Positions 1-13,081 of a stretch of DNA of 64,000 nucleotides are shown here, one piece after another; the first letter of the stretch is position 1, and each line of letters begins with the position of its first letter. A program made the translations under genes and the position numbers. The DNA comes from Octopus vulgaris (taxonomy: Eukaryota). The DNA lies in assembly GCA_951406725.2 (NCBI GenBank), contig OX597829.1:20522001-20586000 (forward strand). Direction: 5' to 3'. The notes beneath the pieces are model-generated. The model was not told the DNA's origin. It was given only the letters and a program-made list of their open reading frames with translations, and did no database searches.

Positions 1-327
1 AGAGATTGCAATCCCAGTGGCACAATCAGTCCGAGACCTGGGTATTTACATGAGTGATGATGCAACCTTTCATGTGCATGTTGCTAAATCGGTAATGAAA
101 TCTAGGCGACTGACCGGATGGATTCTTAGAACCTTTAGAACAAGAGACCAGGAAACCATGATGGTCATCTGGAGGACACTTGTTCTAAGCCACTTTGACT
201 ATTGCTCTCAGCTATGGTCACCATCCAGTGTCAAGTTAATCACAGAACTTGAGGCGATCCAACGAAGCTACCCGAAGAAAATAGCCTCTGTGCAGCATAT
301 AAGCTACTGGGAATGACTCAAGAGAGT
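1..327 (+). mobile_element. CR1/Jockey-like LINE RT C-terminal fragment (mirror ~61456..61880)
   Basis: ORF 17..316 VRDLGI...WILRTF...LDYCSQLWSP...LEAIQR, typical post-RT LINE sequence. Confidence 0.8.
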
Positions 328-466
328 GTGGTTCTTTCCACCGTTGATTTGTTGTCTGCTAAAGGGTTTTTGGTTGTTCCAGATTCTGAGTTGTTGGTGT
401 GTCCTACTGGAAGAGTTTTGGTTATTCCAGGGTCTGGGTTGTTCGTACTGGGTGCAATGTTGGTTC

Positions 467-972
467 TGTAGTGACGCTATACAGCGGCACATGCGCGAAG
501 CCCCGGAAGAAGAACCCTTTTGCCTACGTAGCAGTTAGCCGAGGCAAGGGGATCATAGAACGTTTGACCACTAGCAGCAGTCAGCAGCGACTTGAGACAT
601 GGCTATCGAAGGTACAACACGTATATTCTCTCTGTCCGTATTTGATAGCAGTCGGCCGAAGATTTTAACCAAATTGTTGCCGACCACATCATCTTCCCTG
701 TTCCGGACGCCATCTTTGACCAGTGTCGTTTTGCATTTGAACACTTTCTTATTTTACAGCGATAAGGTTCAGCTGAGACACAACTATACCAAAGGGATGC
801 CAGATACACCAATTATCTGTTACCACATAAGAGAATAAAGTAGATATATATTATTTACGTTTGCGTCTTGTTGTTTCTGACGGGTAGAGAATCTGGATTA
901 TTAAAGCAACGGAAAGTGATTGCTTCTCGCACCCCCAAAAGGTCCAGAGAAGACACTCACAAGTTCGTAACA
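467..972 (+). mobile_element. Solo LTR of a Gypsy family related to the central element
   Basis: TGTAGTGACGCTAT...TAACA termini and 4-bp TSD GTTC (463-466, 973-976). The 3' part aligns by eye with the reverse complement of the LTR at 30158..30686. Confidence 0.85.
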
Positions 973-1164
973 GTTCCTTAGAGTGGGTTGGAAACCACAG
1001 TCATGGTTTAGAGTTAAATACTTATATGTTGGGAGGGAACTCTGAGTTTTGAACGGTTTGGGTTGGGATCTACAATCATAGTTCAGAGGTAGGTTTCTAA
1101 GTGATGGGTAGGATCTCCGATTCTGGAATGGTTCTTGTGTGCGTTGGGGTCTACATTGTCTATC

Positions 1165-2225
1165 AAACACATGATTGACAAACGGGCACACATATACACA
1201 CACCATCCTACCAAATTTCTAAAAAAACACACACTTATATTTATACCACAATGGACCCTGGGACCATTCAAAAGCAGCCCACACACAAACACATGTATAC
1301 ATATACACACACAAAGACACATACACTCACACCATATATACGCACACACACAAACACATACTCAATACCAACACACACAAAACGTATACACACACACACG
1401 CCACACAGATACACCCAACAGACATGGACACATATACACACTAATGCACACGCAACACACTAACAAACATTAACCACACACATACACACACAAACGAGCA
1501 CAGATATACACACACCATCCCACCAAAATTTAAAAAACACACATCTCTTTACACCACAATGGACCCTGGGACCAATCAAAAACAGCCTCCCCCTCACACA
1601 CACAAACACATGTATACACATATATACACACACACTCACACCATATATACGCACACACACAAACACATACGCAATACCAACAAATACAAAACGTATATAC
1701 ACACACACACGCCACACAGATACACCCAACTGACATGGACACACATACGAACAAACACATACACACTAATGCACACACAACACACTAGCAAACATTAACC
1801 ACACATATACACACACACAAACGGGCACACATATACACACACCATCGAACCAAATTTTTAAAAACACATCTATTTACACCACAGTGGACCCTGGGACCAA
1901 TCAAAAACAGCCCCCCCCATACACACACACACAAACACATGTATACATATATATACACACACACAAAGGCACACACACACTCACACCATTCTGACCTCCA
2001 TACAGACACACATATACACAGGCAGCACCATGCCAAATGCCAATCACACACATACATACATATACACACACACACACAACACCAAGACAATCACACACAC
2101 GATTGACAAATGGGCACACATATACACACACCATCCTACCAGATTTTATAAACACACAGACACATCTATCCACATATTTATATACACACACACAAAGACA
2201 CACATACTCAAACCATCCTGACCTC
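1165..2225. repeat. Tandem array of ~300-bp CA-rich units, about 3.5 copies (mirror ~59555..60615)
   Basis: Recurring blocks cacatatacacacaccatc..accaaattt and ggaccctgggacca at ~1253, ~1561, ~1886. Confidence 0.8.
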
Positions 2226-2397
2226 TAAAGCCAATCCCCCAAATTATTGATGCTTGAAGGTTCTACATTACTCCTCCTTCCTCCCACCCAAACACACCTA
2301 CAGTGTCCCCTGAAATAGATAATATTCTTTTAAGTTAACATGGTGGACAGGTCAGTTTTAGCTTCCATACTATTATAATGTAAACTTTTTCGAACTC

Positions 2398-2800
2398 ATA
2401 ATATTCTGTGCTTGTATACCAATATTCCACTGAACTTTTTAATAATTCCTTCTGGAAATTATCTTGAAAATGTATAATATATTTGTTGTAATCTTTTGTG
2501 CCTAATATTTCAATGAACTTGTTAAACATTTTTATGTTCTTAACAAGCTCTTGTCACCAAAGAATGTATATATATGTATTGTAGTACTCTGTGTCAACCA
2601 ATATTCTGTGCGTGTTTGAATATACAAATACAATACCAATATCCTACTGAACTTTTTAATAATTCCTTCCGGAAACTATCCTTAACATGTTCCTGAGAAT
2701 GATTATTTATGTTGTAATCTTTTGTGCCCAATATTTTTGGGAACTTGTTCAAATTTTTATGTCCTTAACATGTCCTTGTTACCAAAGACTGTATATATGT
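2398..2800. repeat. Diverged tandem duplication of a ~200-bp probable TE fragment
   Basis: ccaatat..actgaactttttaataattcctt..gttgtaatcttttgtgcc..accaaaga occurs twice (~2420 and ~2636). Confidence 0.65.
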
Positions 2801-2934
2801 AATGTAGCATTTTGTAACAACCAATAATTAACGCAACCAAACTTCTACATGTTACTTTTGACAACTTTTTCCAAAGAGTGAAACCGGTAAAGTAAATAAA
2901 CATCTTTTAAAATTGCATTTCCAAACCTTCTTTC

Positions 2935-3021
<87 letters not shown>

Positions 3022-3149
3022 CGTTTAAATATTTGTTGTGCAAGATTTTTTATGTGAAGTCGTGCGTTGAAACAGATATTGTTGTATTTAGGAATGGTCA
3101 TTTTGCCAGTTTAGCCAATAAAAACACATGCACTATATATTTTTTTTTT

Positions 3150-3362
3150 GTACTTGTTTCAGTCATTTGACTGCGGCCATGCTGGAGCACCGCCTTTAGA
3201 GTGGTGAAAGAGTACAGCAGGGATCACCACCTCCTGCCGGAGCCTCGTGGAGCTTTTAGGTGTTTTTTTCGCTCAATAAACACACACAACGCCCGGTCTG
3301 GGAATCGAAACCGCGATCCTCCGACCGCAAGTCCGCTGCCTTAACCACTAGGCCATTGCGCC
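3150..3362 (-). mobile_element. tRNA-derived SINE (mirror ~58410..58620)
   Basis: Head ggcgcaatggcctagtggtta (A box)...ggtttcgattccc (B box); tail gctccagcatggccgcagtcaaatgactgaaacaagta shared with other SINE copies here. Confidence 0.75.
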
Positions 3363-3433
3363 ATCAGTGGTCCTTTGTTCTCTTCTTACTTATTTGTGTC
3401 TCTCCTTACACAAATAAGTAAGAAGAAAACAAA

Positions 3434-3478
3434 GGACCACTGATGCGGTCACATGAGTATGACGAAAGAACTCTGGCC
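3434..3478 (+). ncRNA. Degenerate type I hammerhead-ribozyme-like motif (mirror 58294..58338)
   Basis: ggacca-CTGATGC-g-gtca(catgagta)tgac-GAAA-g(aa)c-TC-tggcc; core A9 is replaced by C. Confidence 0.5.
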
Positions 3479-3590
3479 GAAATAAGATTAAGATTAATGT
3501 AAAAAATAAATAACACTGAAGCAAAGTAACACCAAATATATAGTGCGTGTGTTTTTATTGGCTAAACTGGCAAAATGACCATTCCTAAAT

Positions 3591-3631
<41 letters not shown>

Positions 3632-3636
3632 TATAC

Positions 3637-3689
<53 letters not shown>

Positions 3690-4845
3690 TATATATTATA
3701 TATATATATATAAATATTTATATATTTATTTATATATATATAAATATTTATATATATACTAGCATTATATATGTGTATATATATGTGTACATCTATATAT
3801 ATATACATCTACACATAAAATATAAAATACAAAGTTATATCTTGATATCGCTAGTGATAACAATACTCAAAATGTATAACAGACTGGAATTGTAATCCTG
3901 CCTCTTGTAATTTGATGAATTGTATCTTGTCCTCCCTCTTGTATAGAAGTGTGGTTACAATCCAGCCTACCTCTACTTCTGGGGTGGCATTTAAAATTTT
4001 TATCCGGGACGTCCTACATCCCAGATATAAAGGTAAAAATAAAATATTTCCACTTTCCAAGGTTCGACTCGAGTACTCCCTTGCACGCTCTGTTGACTTG
4101 AACCTTGCTTCTATTGTGGCAAATTTACTGCCTCTGGTTAGATACTTGATATCTTTCAGACTCGCACCAAGACACTTTTCGATGGTGCTTTCCTTCAGGT
4201 TTTCAAATCTTTTTTTTTCTCTACATTGTGTACTTTATAGACAATAGTCTTTTCTTTAATTTAATGGACTACTCCATTTCTGCGCACTAATTATATTTTT
4301 AATTTATTCCCATTCATGTCAAACCACTTATTCAAGTTCAAGTCATTGATGCAATTTTATACCAATTGCTATTTTTACTTTTGTTATGTTACGGTTATAT
4401 TATACTTTCGTTTGATTTTAATTATTACTTACTACATATAACTCAATTGTTACTATAATCTCTAATTTTTATTGTTAAAGTGAAAGTATCAGACATAAAA
4501 TAGAGAAATGTTTTTGTTTCACTTTTAACATGTAATACTGAAACAGTGGAGAAGATATGATATTGCTATGGGCTCGCCCTAGGCAAGTTGAACATTTTTT
4601 TGCTCATGAAACTACATGGATCCTAAGTAAGGCATGTGTAAAATTTGAATGAAATTGGTTGTGTAGTTCTCAAGTTTTAGGCAAACACACAGACAGACAG
4701 ATAGACACACATTCTCAGTTTTATATAGAGAGAGATACAACTATAAATATTCATATATATAAATATAAATATTTATATATATATAAAAATATAAATATTT
4801 ATATATATATAAATATAAATATTTATGTATATATATAAATATAAA

Positions 4846-4910
<65 letters not shown>

Positions 4911-4934
4911 ATGTATATATATATATCATTTTAG

Positions 4935-6739
4935 TTGCAAGGAAATCGTTTATTAAGTTTGATAATAAGTTGTGGATCCGTAAAGATACTCCCAATGAAT
5001 TTGATGTGCCTATGGGTAGTTCGGATAGTGCGCAGATAGCCGATTTGGTCGGAATATATATTCTCTACGAATTGTCCGACCAATTCCCGGAGATCGCAGG
5101 CGGCCTGTATCGTGACGATTGTCTGTTTTACCTGCAAAACACCACGAACAGAATAGTGCAGAAAACTAAGAGCAGGTTAGCTAGGTTTTTTAATAGAATG
5201 GGCATGAGTATAGTTTTTGATAATGAACTCACCAAGGCTAATTTCCTAGACGTTACGCTTAACCTTAATAGCGACTCATACTGCCCTTACCATAAGCCTT
5301 CCACTAATTTGAAGTATGTCAGTGTCTTCTCAAATCATGCCAAAACCGTAACAGACAATTTGGTTAAAAACATCTCTCTAAGATTGTCTGGCTTGTCCGC
5401 CAGTGCCGATATTTTTATGCAGAAAGCGGAATTTTATAACGCCGCACTATCCAAGGCCGGTTATAGGCAGAAGGTAGTTTATATTGATCCGGCCCTTCCG
5501 ATGCCATCATTCGGTCATCAGGATAGGGCCGTCTATAATAACATAATCAATTTAAGTAAGGACGGGAGCGCGGCGGATGCCGGGGCAGTCGCTCCCGCAT
5601 TTAATTTAGTGAACAAGGATAAATATCGGTCCGGGAGATCTTACACTAACCCAAGACCCGTTATTCATCCGAGATTCACCCACCCGAATGCGAGAGCTGG
5701 CGTCCCGACCCATCACACAGATAGGAATAAGCATATATGGTTTGTAATTCCCTTTGGTAAGCAGATTAGAACTCACCTCCCCCTCATGTTTAGACAAGCC
5801 ATCGCCAATAACTTCCCCAGAAATTCCAAATATTACTCCATGGTTAACTCGCATAAAGTTAGGATAGCTTTCTCCAACACTAAAAACCTCGCCCAGATAA
5901 TCGCCTCCCATAATAATAGGCTACTTACTAAGACCCTATCACCTTTTTCCGGAGGCTCAGCCTCTTCCGCTCCCGGTTTAATGCTCAGTAGGAATAATTA
6001 TAGTAGTAATAATGATATGAGAGCCAGTACAGTGACACATAATCTCAGCTCCAGCCAGGGAGTACCCACTAGGGGTATAGTTATAAATAGGGGTGTTGTG
6101 GTTGACGGTAACAATGGGAGTAGGGTAGAGAGCCCCAATAGCATCCCCAGCATCATTTCCCGCAATAGCAGCACCACGGGCACTAGCAATGACAGCACTC
6201 TGATAGATAGTGGAGAATCAGGGGTTATTCCTATAGTTAATAGTGACGTAGTGGAAAATAGAGTAGTAAGCGGCTGCAGTTCTCGGAACGAATATAGTGA
6301 CAGGAACGCAGTTCTAATTTCAGAAACTAATCCTAGCAGAATAAGATTCACGTCGGCGAACTCCAAGATCAAAAACGCCGTCTACCAATGCAAGGTTTAC
6401 ACGGACTCAGATGTCTTCACTTATGTAGGGGCCTCATCGTCAAGATTGGCTTTGCGAGTCTCCAACCATTACGCAACTTTTCGGGACATGAACAAGCGCC
6501 AGACCACGGGACTCAGCAAGCTAATATGGCGACTGAAGGATACGAACTCAAGCTACAGGCTGGAATGGTCAATTTTGTCGGTGGCCCTCCCATTTGATAG
6601 GGGCAGAAGGCAGTGCAACCTTTGTGTCTCCGAACTCTTCCATATTTTGTTTGCCAGAGGCTGGATGGTAAACGGACTTTTACAGTCGGCTTTTCGATGC
6701 CCCCATTGGCGGCGTTACACTTATCTGGCTTTTAAATAG
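4935..6739 (+). mobile_element. Penelope-like element 1: RT C-terminal half + GIY-YIG endonuclease, uninterrupted ~600 codons
   Basis: [39 protein letters not shown], then AVYQC..YVG..R..NH..LSKLIW.LK..W.I..CNLC..E..C.H. Confidence 0.9.
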
Positions 6740-7303
6740 CGTTTATAAATAATACCGGCACCCATAGCCCTTGGTAACAAATTCTGAAGTAGCCTTTAAG
6801 ATATTTACGATTAACCACTGCAAGGGGAATTACTCCTGTAAGATAAACGGGGCTTGGTTTTTTGACAACACACACACATAAAACATAATATATATTTTTT
6901 TCTGCCACCCAACGGTTCTTACTGCAGTAGCCATTGTGGAGAGCGGCTTAGCCACTGACAGCCGAGCGATCAAACGCACACACGTACACAAAAAATGTTT
7001 TCTACCCCTACGCCAGCACACACATATATAGAACAGTATACACACACATGTCTCTAAGAAGATTTTTTCTCGCCCCTTATAAAACATCCAATATTCCTTA
7101 AATAGTCAGAACTTTATTCTCGGTCACAAAGAACATCTACACACCCTCACCCACATGATTGACTGCTGCCTGACCCGTTAAAATCTTCAGCCACCGGTTC
7201 TCAACATACACTGATAAACAGTTTTGCCATGGGCTCTTAGGAGCCTAGTTCGATTTGTTTTGCTCCGCCTCTGTTCTGTTTTTGTTTTTTCCAACGGATT
7301 TCC

Positions 7304-7396
7304 TATTTCTTCCTGAAGAGAAAGACACAATATGGTCTCATTATTCAATCGGATTTTGGTAAATTGTGCCTTTCGAAACACGTGTAGAATGAAATA
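7304..7396 (+). ncRNA. Type I hammerhead ribozyme downstream of Penelope element 1
   Basis: Stem I tatttcttc/gaa(t)gaaata; CTGAAGA; long stem II gaaagacacaat/attgtgcctttc; GAAA; palindromic stem III cacgtg; GUA cleavage triplet. Confidence 0.8.
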
Positions 7397-7604
7397 AAAC
7401 GATTTCTGTTCAATCTTCGTTCAGCTCCATTTCTTCAATTCACCAATAATATTTTAATTTCAATTATCCGCACCAACGCACGGTTGCAACACCATATGGT
7501 TGTACCTCCAACCGTGCTGTTTTCTGCTGTGATTTTTGCTACCAAGGTATCGGTTAAACTTTTGATTAATCTACTACAAGATTATTCATCTTTCTATTTC
7601 ACAT

Positions 7605-7672
<68 letters not shown>

Positions 7673-7934
7673 TTCACATATATATATATATAAATGTTTA
7701 CATATATATAAATATTTATATAATATATATATATAATGCGTATATATGTATATAAACATTTATATATGGCACCTTGGCAAGTGTCTGCTATTGCCTCTGG
7801 CTAACTATAGCCTTGTGAGTGGATTTGGTAGACGGAAACTAAAACAGCCCCGTCGTATATATGTATATATTTATGTATGTGTGTGTATATGTTTGTGTGT
7901 CTGTGTTTGTCCTGCCAACATTGCTTGACAACCG

Positions 7935-8545
7935 ATGGTGACTGGTCCTGAAGCGCAATGGCATTGCTGGGATCTTTGGCACTATGCAGTGTTGACCTGT
8001 TCTGGCATTACTGTAGCTTTCAATGTCAAAATTTGGCACAATTCCTTTCAGGATCTTCCAGATGTATATTACTGCATACCTCTCCCACCTTCGCTCCAGA
8101 GAGTAGAGTCTTAGCTGTTTCAGCCTTTCCCAGTAGCTTAGCAGTTGCAAAGAGATGATCTTGTTTGTGAATCTTCGTTGGATTGCTTCAAGGTCCGCTG
8201 TGAATTTGACTCTGTTGGGTGACCATAGCTATAAGCAGTAATCCAGGTGGCTGAGGACGAATGTCCGCCAGAGGACCATCATGGTTTCCTTATCTCTGGT
8301 TCTGAATGTTCTCAGGATCCATGCAGCCAGTCGCCTGCACTTTGTCGACATCCTGGTAATGTGCACTTGGAAAGAGGTATCATCACTCATGTTGATACCC
8401 AGGTCCGTCACTGATTTAGGCCCTGGGATTGAAATTCCCTGTGGGCCAGTGAACCCTGTAAGTTTCATATTGAGTTTTGGATGCCGGTAGCGCAGGGCTT
8501 GGAATATTTCAGCATTAAATTGCATACTATTATCCTCAGCCCATC
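7935..8545 (-). mobile_element. CR1/Jockey-like LINE 3' RT fragment (mirror ~53248..53853)
   Basis: ORFs 8229..8525 and 7839..8150: MQFNAE..DLGI..WILRTF..LDYC, YWERLKQLRLYSLERR. Confidence 0.85.
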
Positions 8546-8759
8546 AGTAAAATAACAGTGACAAACGAAAAATACACCACCAATAGTTGTTGCTGACAAA
8601 CAATGGCAGTAATTTTATTCAGCTGAATGCACATCATTGATTGGTTGAAATTACCGAAATACAACAACTTTAAAACGAAATAACTTCTTAAATATAAATT
8701 TTTCTCAAAAACGCTAACAGTAAAAGATATTTTATATGACACATTCTACCAGTATACGA

Positions 8760-9176
8760 AGTTTGAAAGTGTTTAGTTACAAAAAATTATTTTCTAAATC
8801 TGCCGGTCAGAAGGTAAAGATGCATTGCTTCCTTAGTATGTAACTCTTCCTTAGTACGTAACTTACACTTTCTGGTATGCGTCTTATATGGAGTGGTTTC
8901 CATTATAATAGACCAGTTTAAGTTGTTATTTCGTGTTTTTAGTTCATTAATGTATGTAGCGAGTGCCATTGAATTTTTTGTTCCTGGATTTGAGAATGAG
9001 CTGATATGCCCCCTATATCTTGTCTTAAAATCGGTTGTGCTCCTTATGTATACCTTGTTTGGTTCATTAATAGTTCCAGAAATTACAAACTTTATTCTGC
9101 TCCCTTACATTTATATGTTTATTATCTGTGTTCATTATTATTATTATTATTATCATTATTATTATTATTATTATCA

Positions 9177-9213
<37 letters not shown>

Positions 9214-10131
9214 ATTAAGACTATCTGTATTCCCATTATTCTTAAGCTTAAATTTATTATTCCCTGTGATTTTCGATCCTAGATTTGGCGTAGATGAATA
9301 TGATAGTTTGAGACAGGATCTATTAAAAATGGGGTGGTATTTATGGTCCACAGCAAAGTTCTTGTAAATAACACAAACAAATAATTTAGGGAGGTTTTTG
9401 GCCTGAGGGAGAAAGGTGGGGGTTAAACCAGATAACTTCCCATTTTCTCGCTGTTTTATTTCCAGTTTGCCAATGCCTATTATTGTAACAAGAACAGTTA
9501 GAATAAATTAGATATCTTCTAAAGTGAGAGGCATCCTGTTGTTCAGAAGGGTTGTTTATGGACAGGGTATCAATGGAAAGAGCTTACCTGATTTGTATTT
9601 GAATAGTGTATTCTTGATATAATATATATTTTACATGAATTCACTATTCTTTAAGGCTGTGTTATAAATAGGCGTCACATTATAGAAAATCTCTTGGTTT
9701 GATGATAGGTTGGAAATTCTAATTGACATTCCCTTGATGACTCCATTAATAATACTTTGGGGATGGTTTGACAATGCATGGTTAAATTTATTTGGCTTGT
9801 AGGGATAAAATAGCCCATTATCTAAGTTTAGTATTACATCTAAGAAGTTAATAATTCTAGTGGTATTTTCAAACATAATCTCTAAATTATCTACTTTAAA
9901 AAATTTGATTAATTTTTTTCTTAATTCTATCTATTGTTTCTAGTGAAGAGCCAGATATAGCAAGTAAGGCATCGTCCCTGTATAGACCTCCACCGATATT
10001 TGGGAACTCATCCCTAATTTTCGAAAGTAGAAATAGGCCCACTATATCAATGATCTGGGTAGAGTCAGAAGAAACCATTGTAACATCGAAGTTGTCGTGA
10101 ATGTTACTATGGGTTCAAAGCCTGTTTTTAA
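8760..10131 (-). mobile_element. Penelope-like element 2, degenerate, with (AAT)n expansion (mirror ~51652..53030)
   Basis: FDVTMVSSDSTQIIDIVG, GGLYRDD, NFLDVILNL, HKYHPIFNRSCLKLSYS, LATYINELK..NWSII..CKL across broken frames. Confidence 0.8.
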
Positions 10132-10484
10132 TATATATATATATTCTTTTATATAGGGCAGGGTGCAAAATTAGATGGCAACTGGGATAAAATGAGTAAA
10201 TTTTGATTTCTCCTTATTTTCTCCCTACCTGTTTAAAGTCACTACATTGCAATTATTGCATCGTGTTTAGGAGTAAACATTTGTTAGCATAGTTGTTGAA
10301 GTTGAGAGAGTCTGAAACATAGTCAGGTGACAAGTACTTTTCGTCAAGAAATTTTTCCTCAACTTAAGAGAGCCACTCCAGCAGATTATGAAGAAGCTAT
10401 AGAGAATATTTTATGTTGAGATTGTTTTTTTATTCAAGTTTCATTAATTTCATAACATGTGCCATTTTTCCATGATCCTTTCTC

Positions 10485-10647
10485 TCTTTTACTCTTTTAC
10501 TTGTTTCAGTCATTTGACTGCAGCCATGCTGGAGCACCGCTTTTAGTCGAGCCCAGTACTGATTTTATCGGTCTCTTTTGCCGAACTGCTAAGTGACGGG
10601 GACGTAAACACACCAGCATCGGTTGTCAAGCAATGCCAGGGAGACAA

Positions 10648-10680
<33 letters not shown>

Positions 10681-10850
10681 CATATATACAACAGGCTTCT
10701 TTCAGTTTCTGTCTACCAAACCCACTCACAAGGCATTGGTCGGCCCGGGGCTATAGCTGAAGACACTTGCCCAAGATGCCACGCAGTGGGACTGGACCCA
10801 GAACTATGTGGTTGGTTAGCAAGCTACATACCTCACAGCCACTCCTGCAC
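10485..10850 (-). mobile_element. tRNA-derived SINE with internal (CA)/(TA) microsatellite (mirror ~50942..51312)
   Basis: Same head (ggagtggctgtg.ggta..agcttgct..ccaaccacat) and tail (aaatgactgaaacaagtaaaagag) as the copy at 14077. Confidence 0.7.
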
Positions 10851-11999
10851 CATTTTTAATTTCTGTTACATTTCTGATCCTTTTAAGGATGGATATTGAT
10901 GTGATGAGTCTTTTTCAAATGTAATTCCTAAGAATTGAAGCAGCAAATTTACTTTATTTTGGCTTACTAATTTTTCCCCAGCTAAAGTTTTCTTTTATTT
11001 ACTCAAAGAGAATGGTGATAATTTTCTGAAATAGTGTTCAGATTATCTTATATTTGTTTTTAATGCATTTAGCGAAGATCATTTGCTTAGCTGATATAGT
11101 TTTTGTAAAGTAGTGAACATTTGTGAAATATATTTTTTCTAAAATTCAAAAGTGCAGTAAAAACTCATTGTGTCCCACCCCCTGTGTGTTTGTGTGTGCA
11201 CGTGTGTGTGCATGTGTGTGTGTGCATATGTGTGTTTTAGGATCAGTGGCATAACTAAGGAGAGTGACCATTCCTGCCAAGCACATTTTTCAAAATTGGC
11301 ACCTTTTATAAGATGTCTTAATCAATGAGATAAAAATTGTTTGGTATGTGTATGGTGCCTTCTTTTCTTTTTATGTGTTCGCTCACCTTGATTTTAGAAC
11401 CTAGCTGTGCTCCTGGTTAGGGTTGTCATATCAGAACAAGCAGAACCCAGTATACTTCCACTGTCAATCACTGCAGCCTTCCATGGCCAACATACAGTAG
11501 AAGCTAAAAAATAAACAAAAAAAAGAACAAATTTTCAGAATGAATTATATCAACAAATAAATGTAAGTATAATTACCCAAAATGTATCTTCCTAATGCCC
11601 CCCTCTCTCACTCAACAGCCATGTTTCTCTTCTACTATAAGACTCCTGTTTCTGTCCCTCAATACTCACTCCTCTTCAGCTGAGGAATATTGCAAGTTAC
11701 TTAGTGACCTCACTGGTGATGGTGCCACATAAAAAGCACTCAGTACACTTTATAAAGTGGTTGGTGTTAGAAAAGACATCAAACCATAAAAATCATGTCA
11801 AGGCAAACACTAGAGCTTGGTGTAGTCTCCTGTCAAGAACTTTTTCATAAAAACCTTAAAAAATACAAGAAAAAAAAAATCCACTGAATGCCATCTGATA
11901 CTTTATATAACCTCCATTGGCTTTAATAACTTGTATATATCTTTTTTTCAAAGATATTTTTCTGTAGATCTAATGTTTTCAGCATTGCCTAATTTGGAT

Positions 12000-12510
12000 T
12001 TTTAAAAGGTGAAGAAGTCACTGCAAGATGTGTCATGAAATTTTTACTATATATGATTAACCTCATAGAATAACCTTCAATACTATTGTTCCTTTCCTTT
12101 GTCCACTGAATTTACATCAGTGAAAAACTCAACTTGTGTTTGCATTTTGGGTTGCTACAGCAAGGAAAAGTTGTGCAATTCTGAACATCTCTGAGCAGCA
12201 TTCAATATTTGATTTTTCAAAATATTTGGTCCATTTTTTATGTACTAGCAATTTACTGAATTTCTCATCACTCTTGTAATTTTGTAAAACCTACTTCAAG
12301 TTACTAACTCTTCATGTCATTAAACCTCTACTGCTTATCTACCAAATATTTGACACAAAACTCCAATTAAGTATCTTGCTCAAGGTCATCCACTTGAATC
12401 CCGAAAACACTTGCGTTGGTTTCACCCACTTATCCAATGAATACACTGAACATCTGTTGTAGAAAGTAACTACTTCAGCTCAAAATTTTTTACATTCTTC
12501 TTTATATCAT
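12000..12510 (-). mobile_element. hAT-type transposase C-terminal (dimerisation domain) relic (mirror ~49280..49790)
   Basis: Manual translation gives SEMFRIAQLFLAVATQNANTS*VFSLM*IQWTKERN, resembling the hAT PxSNAxxERxFSxM..W...RN motif. Confidence 0.6.
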
Positions 12511-13046
12511 GAGCATTTCTGGCCAGCCAGTCCTTTAGCTTTTGAGGTTGTGAAATTCTGATTCTTTCTTTGTCATCCTCTTTTTCTTCTCTCTTTTTCT
12601 TCCATCTTTCTTCTGTTACTAGAATTTTAACCTTGTCCAATACCTTTCCTCCCTCTCTTGTTATTCTTTCTGCATGTCTTCACCCCCCCACTCTCAGTCA
12701 CTCTTGATTGAGATAATTTTGTATTCAAGACATTCGAAGTCATGGCCATCTCATCTTTTATTCAAACCTAATGCAGTTGTGGCCTGTGCTTCTGACACAT
12801 AAAAGACACTGAGTGCACTCTATGAAGTGGTTGGCATTAGGAAGGGCATCAGGCCATAGAAACCGAGGCAAAATAGACTGGAATATGGTGCAGCTTTCCA
12901 GCTTACTGATTCCAGTGAAACCATCTAACCCATACCAGCATGGTAAACAGATACTAAATGATGATAATAATATGTACAGATCGCGTGTGTATTGTTGGCG
13001 ATCTTTTTCCTCTGTCATCCCTTCCTTGGATCTTTCCTTTTCCTAT

Positions 13047-13081
13047 GTTTCTGATGAAGAGCTCCACTTGAAACGTTAAAT
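13047..13081 (+). ncRNA. Minimal type I hammerhead-like motif within a short Penelope-associated repeat (mirror 48710..48744)
   Basis: gttt-CTGATGA-a-gag(ctcca)ctt-GAAA-cg-TT-aaat; palindromic aacgtt stem III typical of dimerising minimal HHRs. Confidence 0.55.

Larger units (their letters stand above)
3076..3600. mobile_element. MITE-like element with ~63-bp terminal inverted repeats, containing a nested SINE and hairpin (mirror ~58172..58697)
   Basis: atattgttgtatttaggaatggtcattttgccagtttagccaataaaaacaca at 3076; its reverse complement ends at 3600. Confidence 0.7.

Noticed and set aside
1083-2228. Many ORFs rich in H/T/Y/C/V (also 19936..20265, 41375..41650, 59551..60700, 62214..63975)
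   Set aside because: Translations of (CA)/(TA)/(GT) microsatellite sequence, not genes.
3851-4247. ORF fragments resembling a LINE ORF1/gag-like protein
   Set aside because: Too short and degenerate to assign with confidence.
4560-4740. Possible Helentron/HINE-like 3' end with (CAGA)n
   Set aside because: Only a general resemblance; termini could not be defined.
8893-9367. Poly-Y/I/L ORFs
   Set aside because: (AAT)n expansion inside Penelope relic 2.
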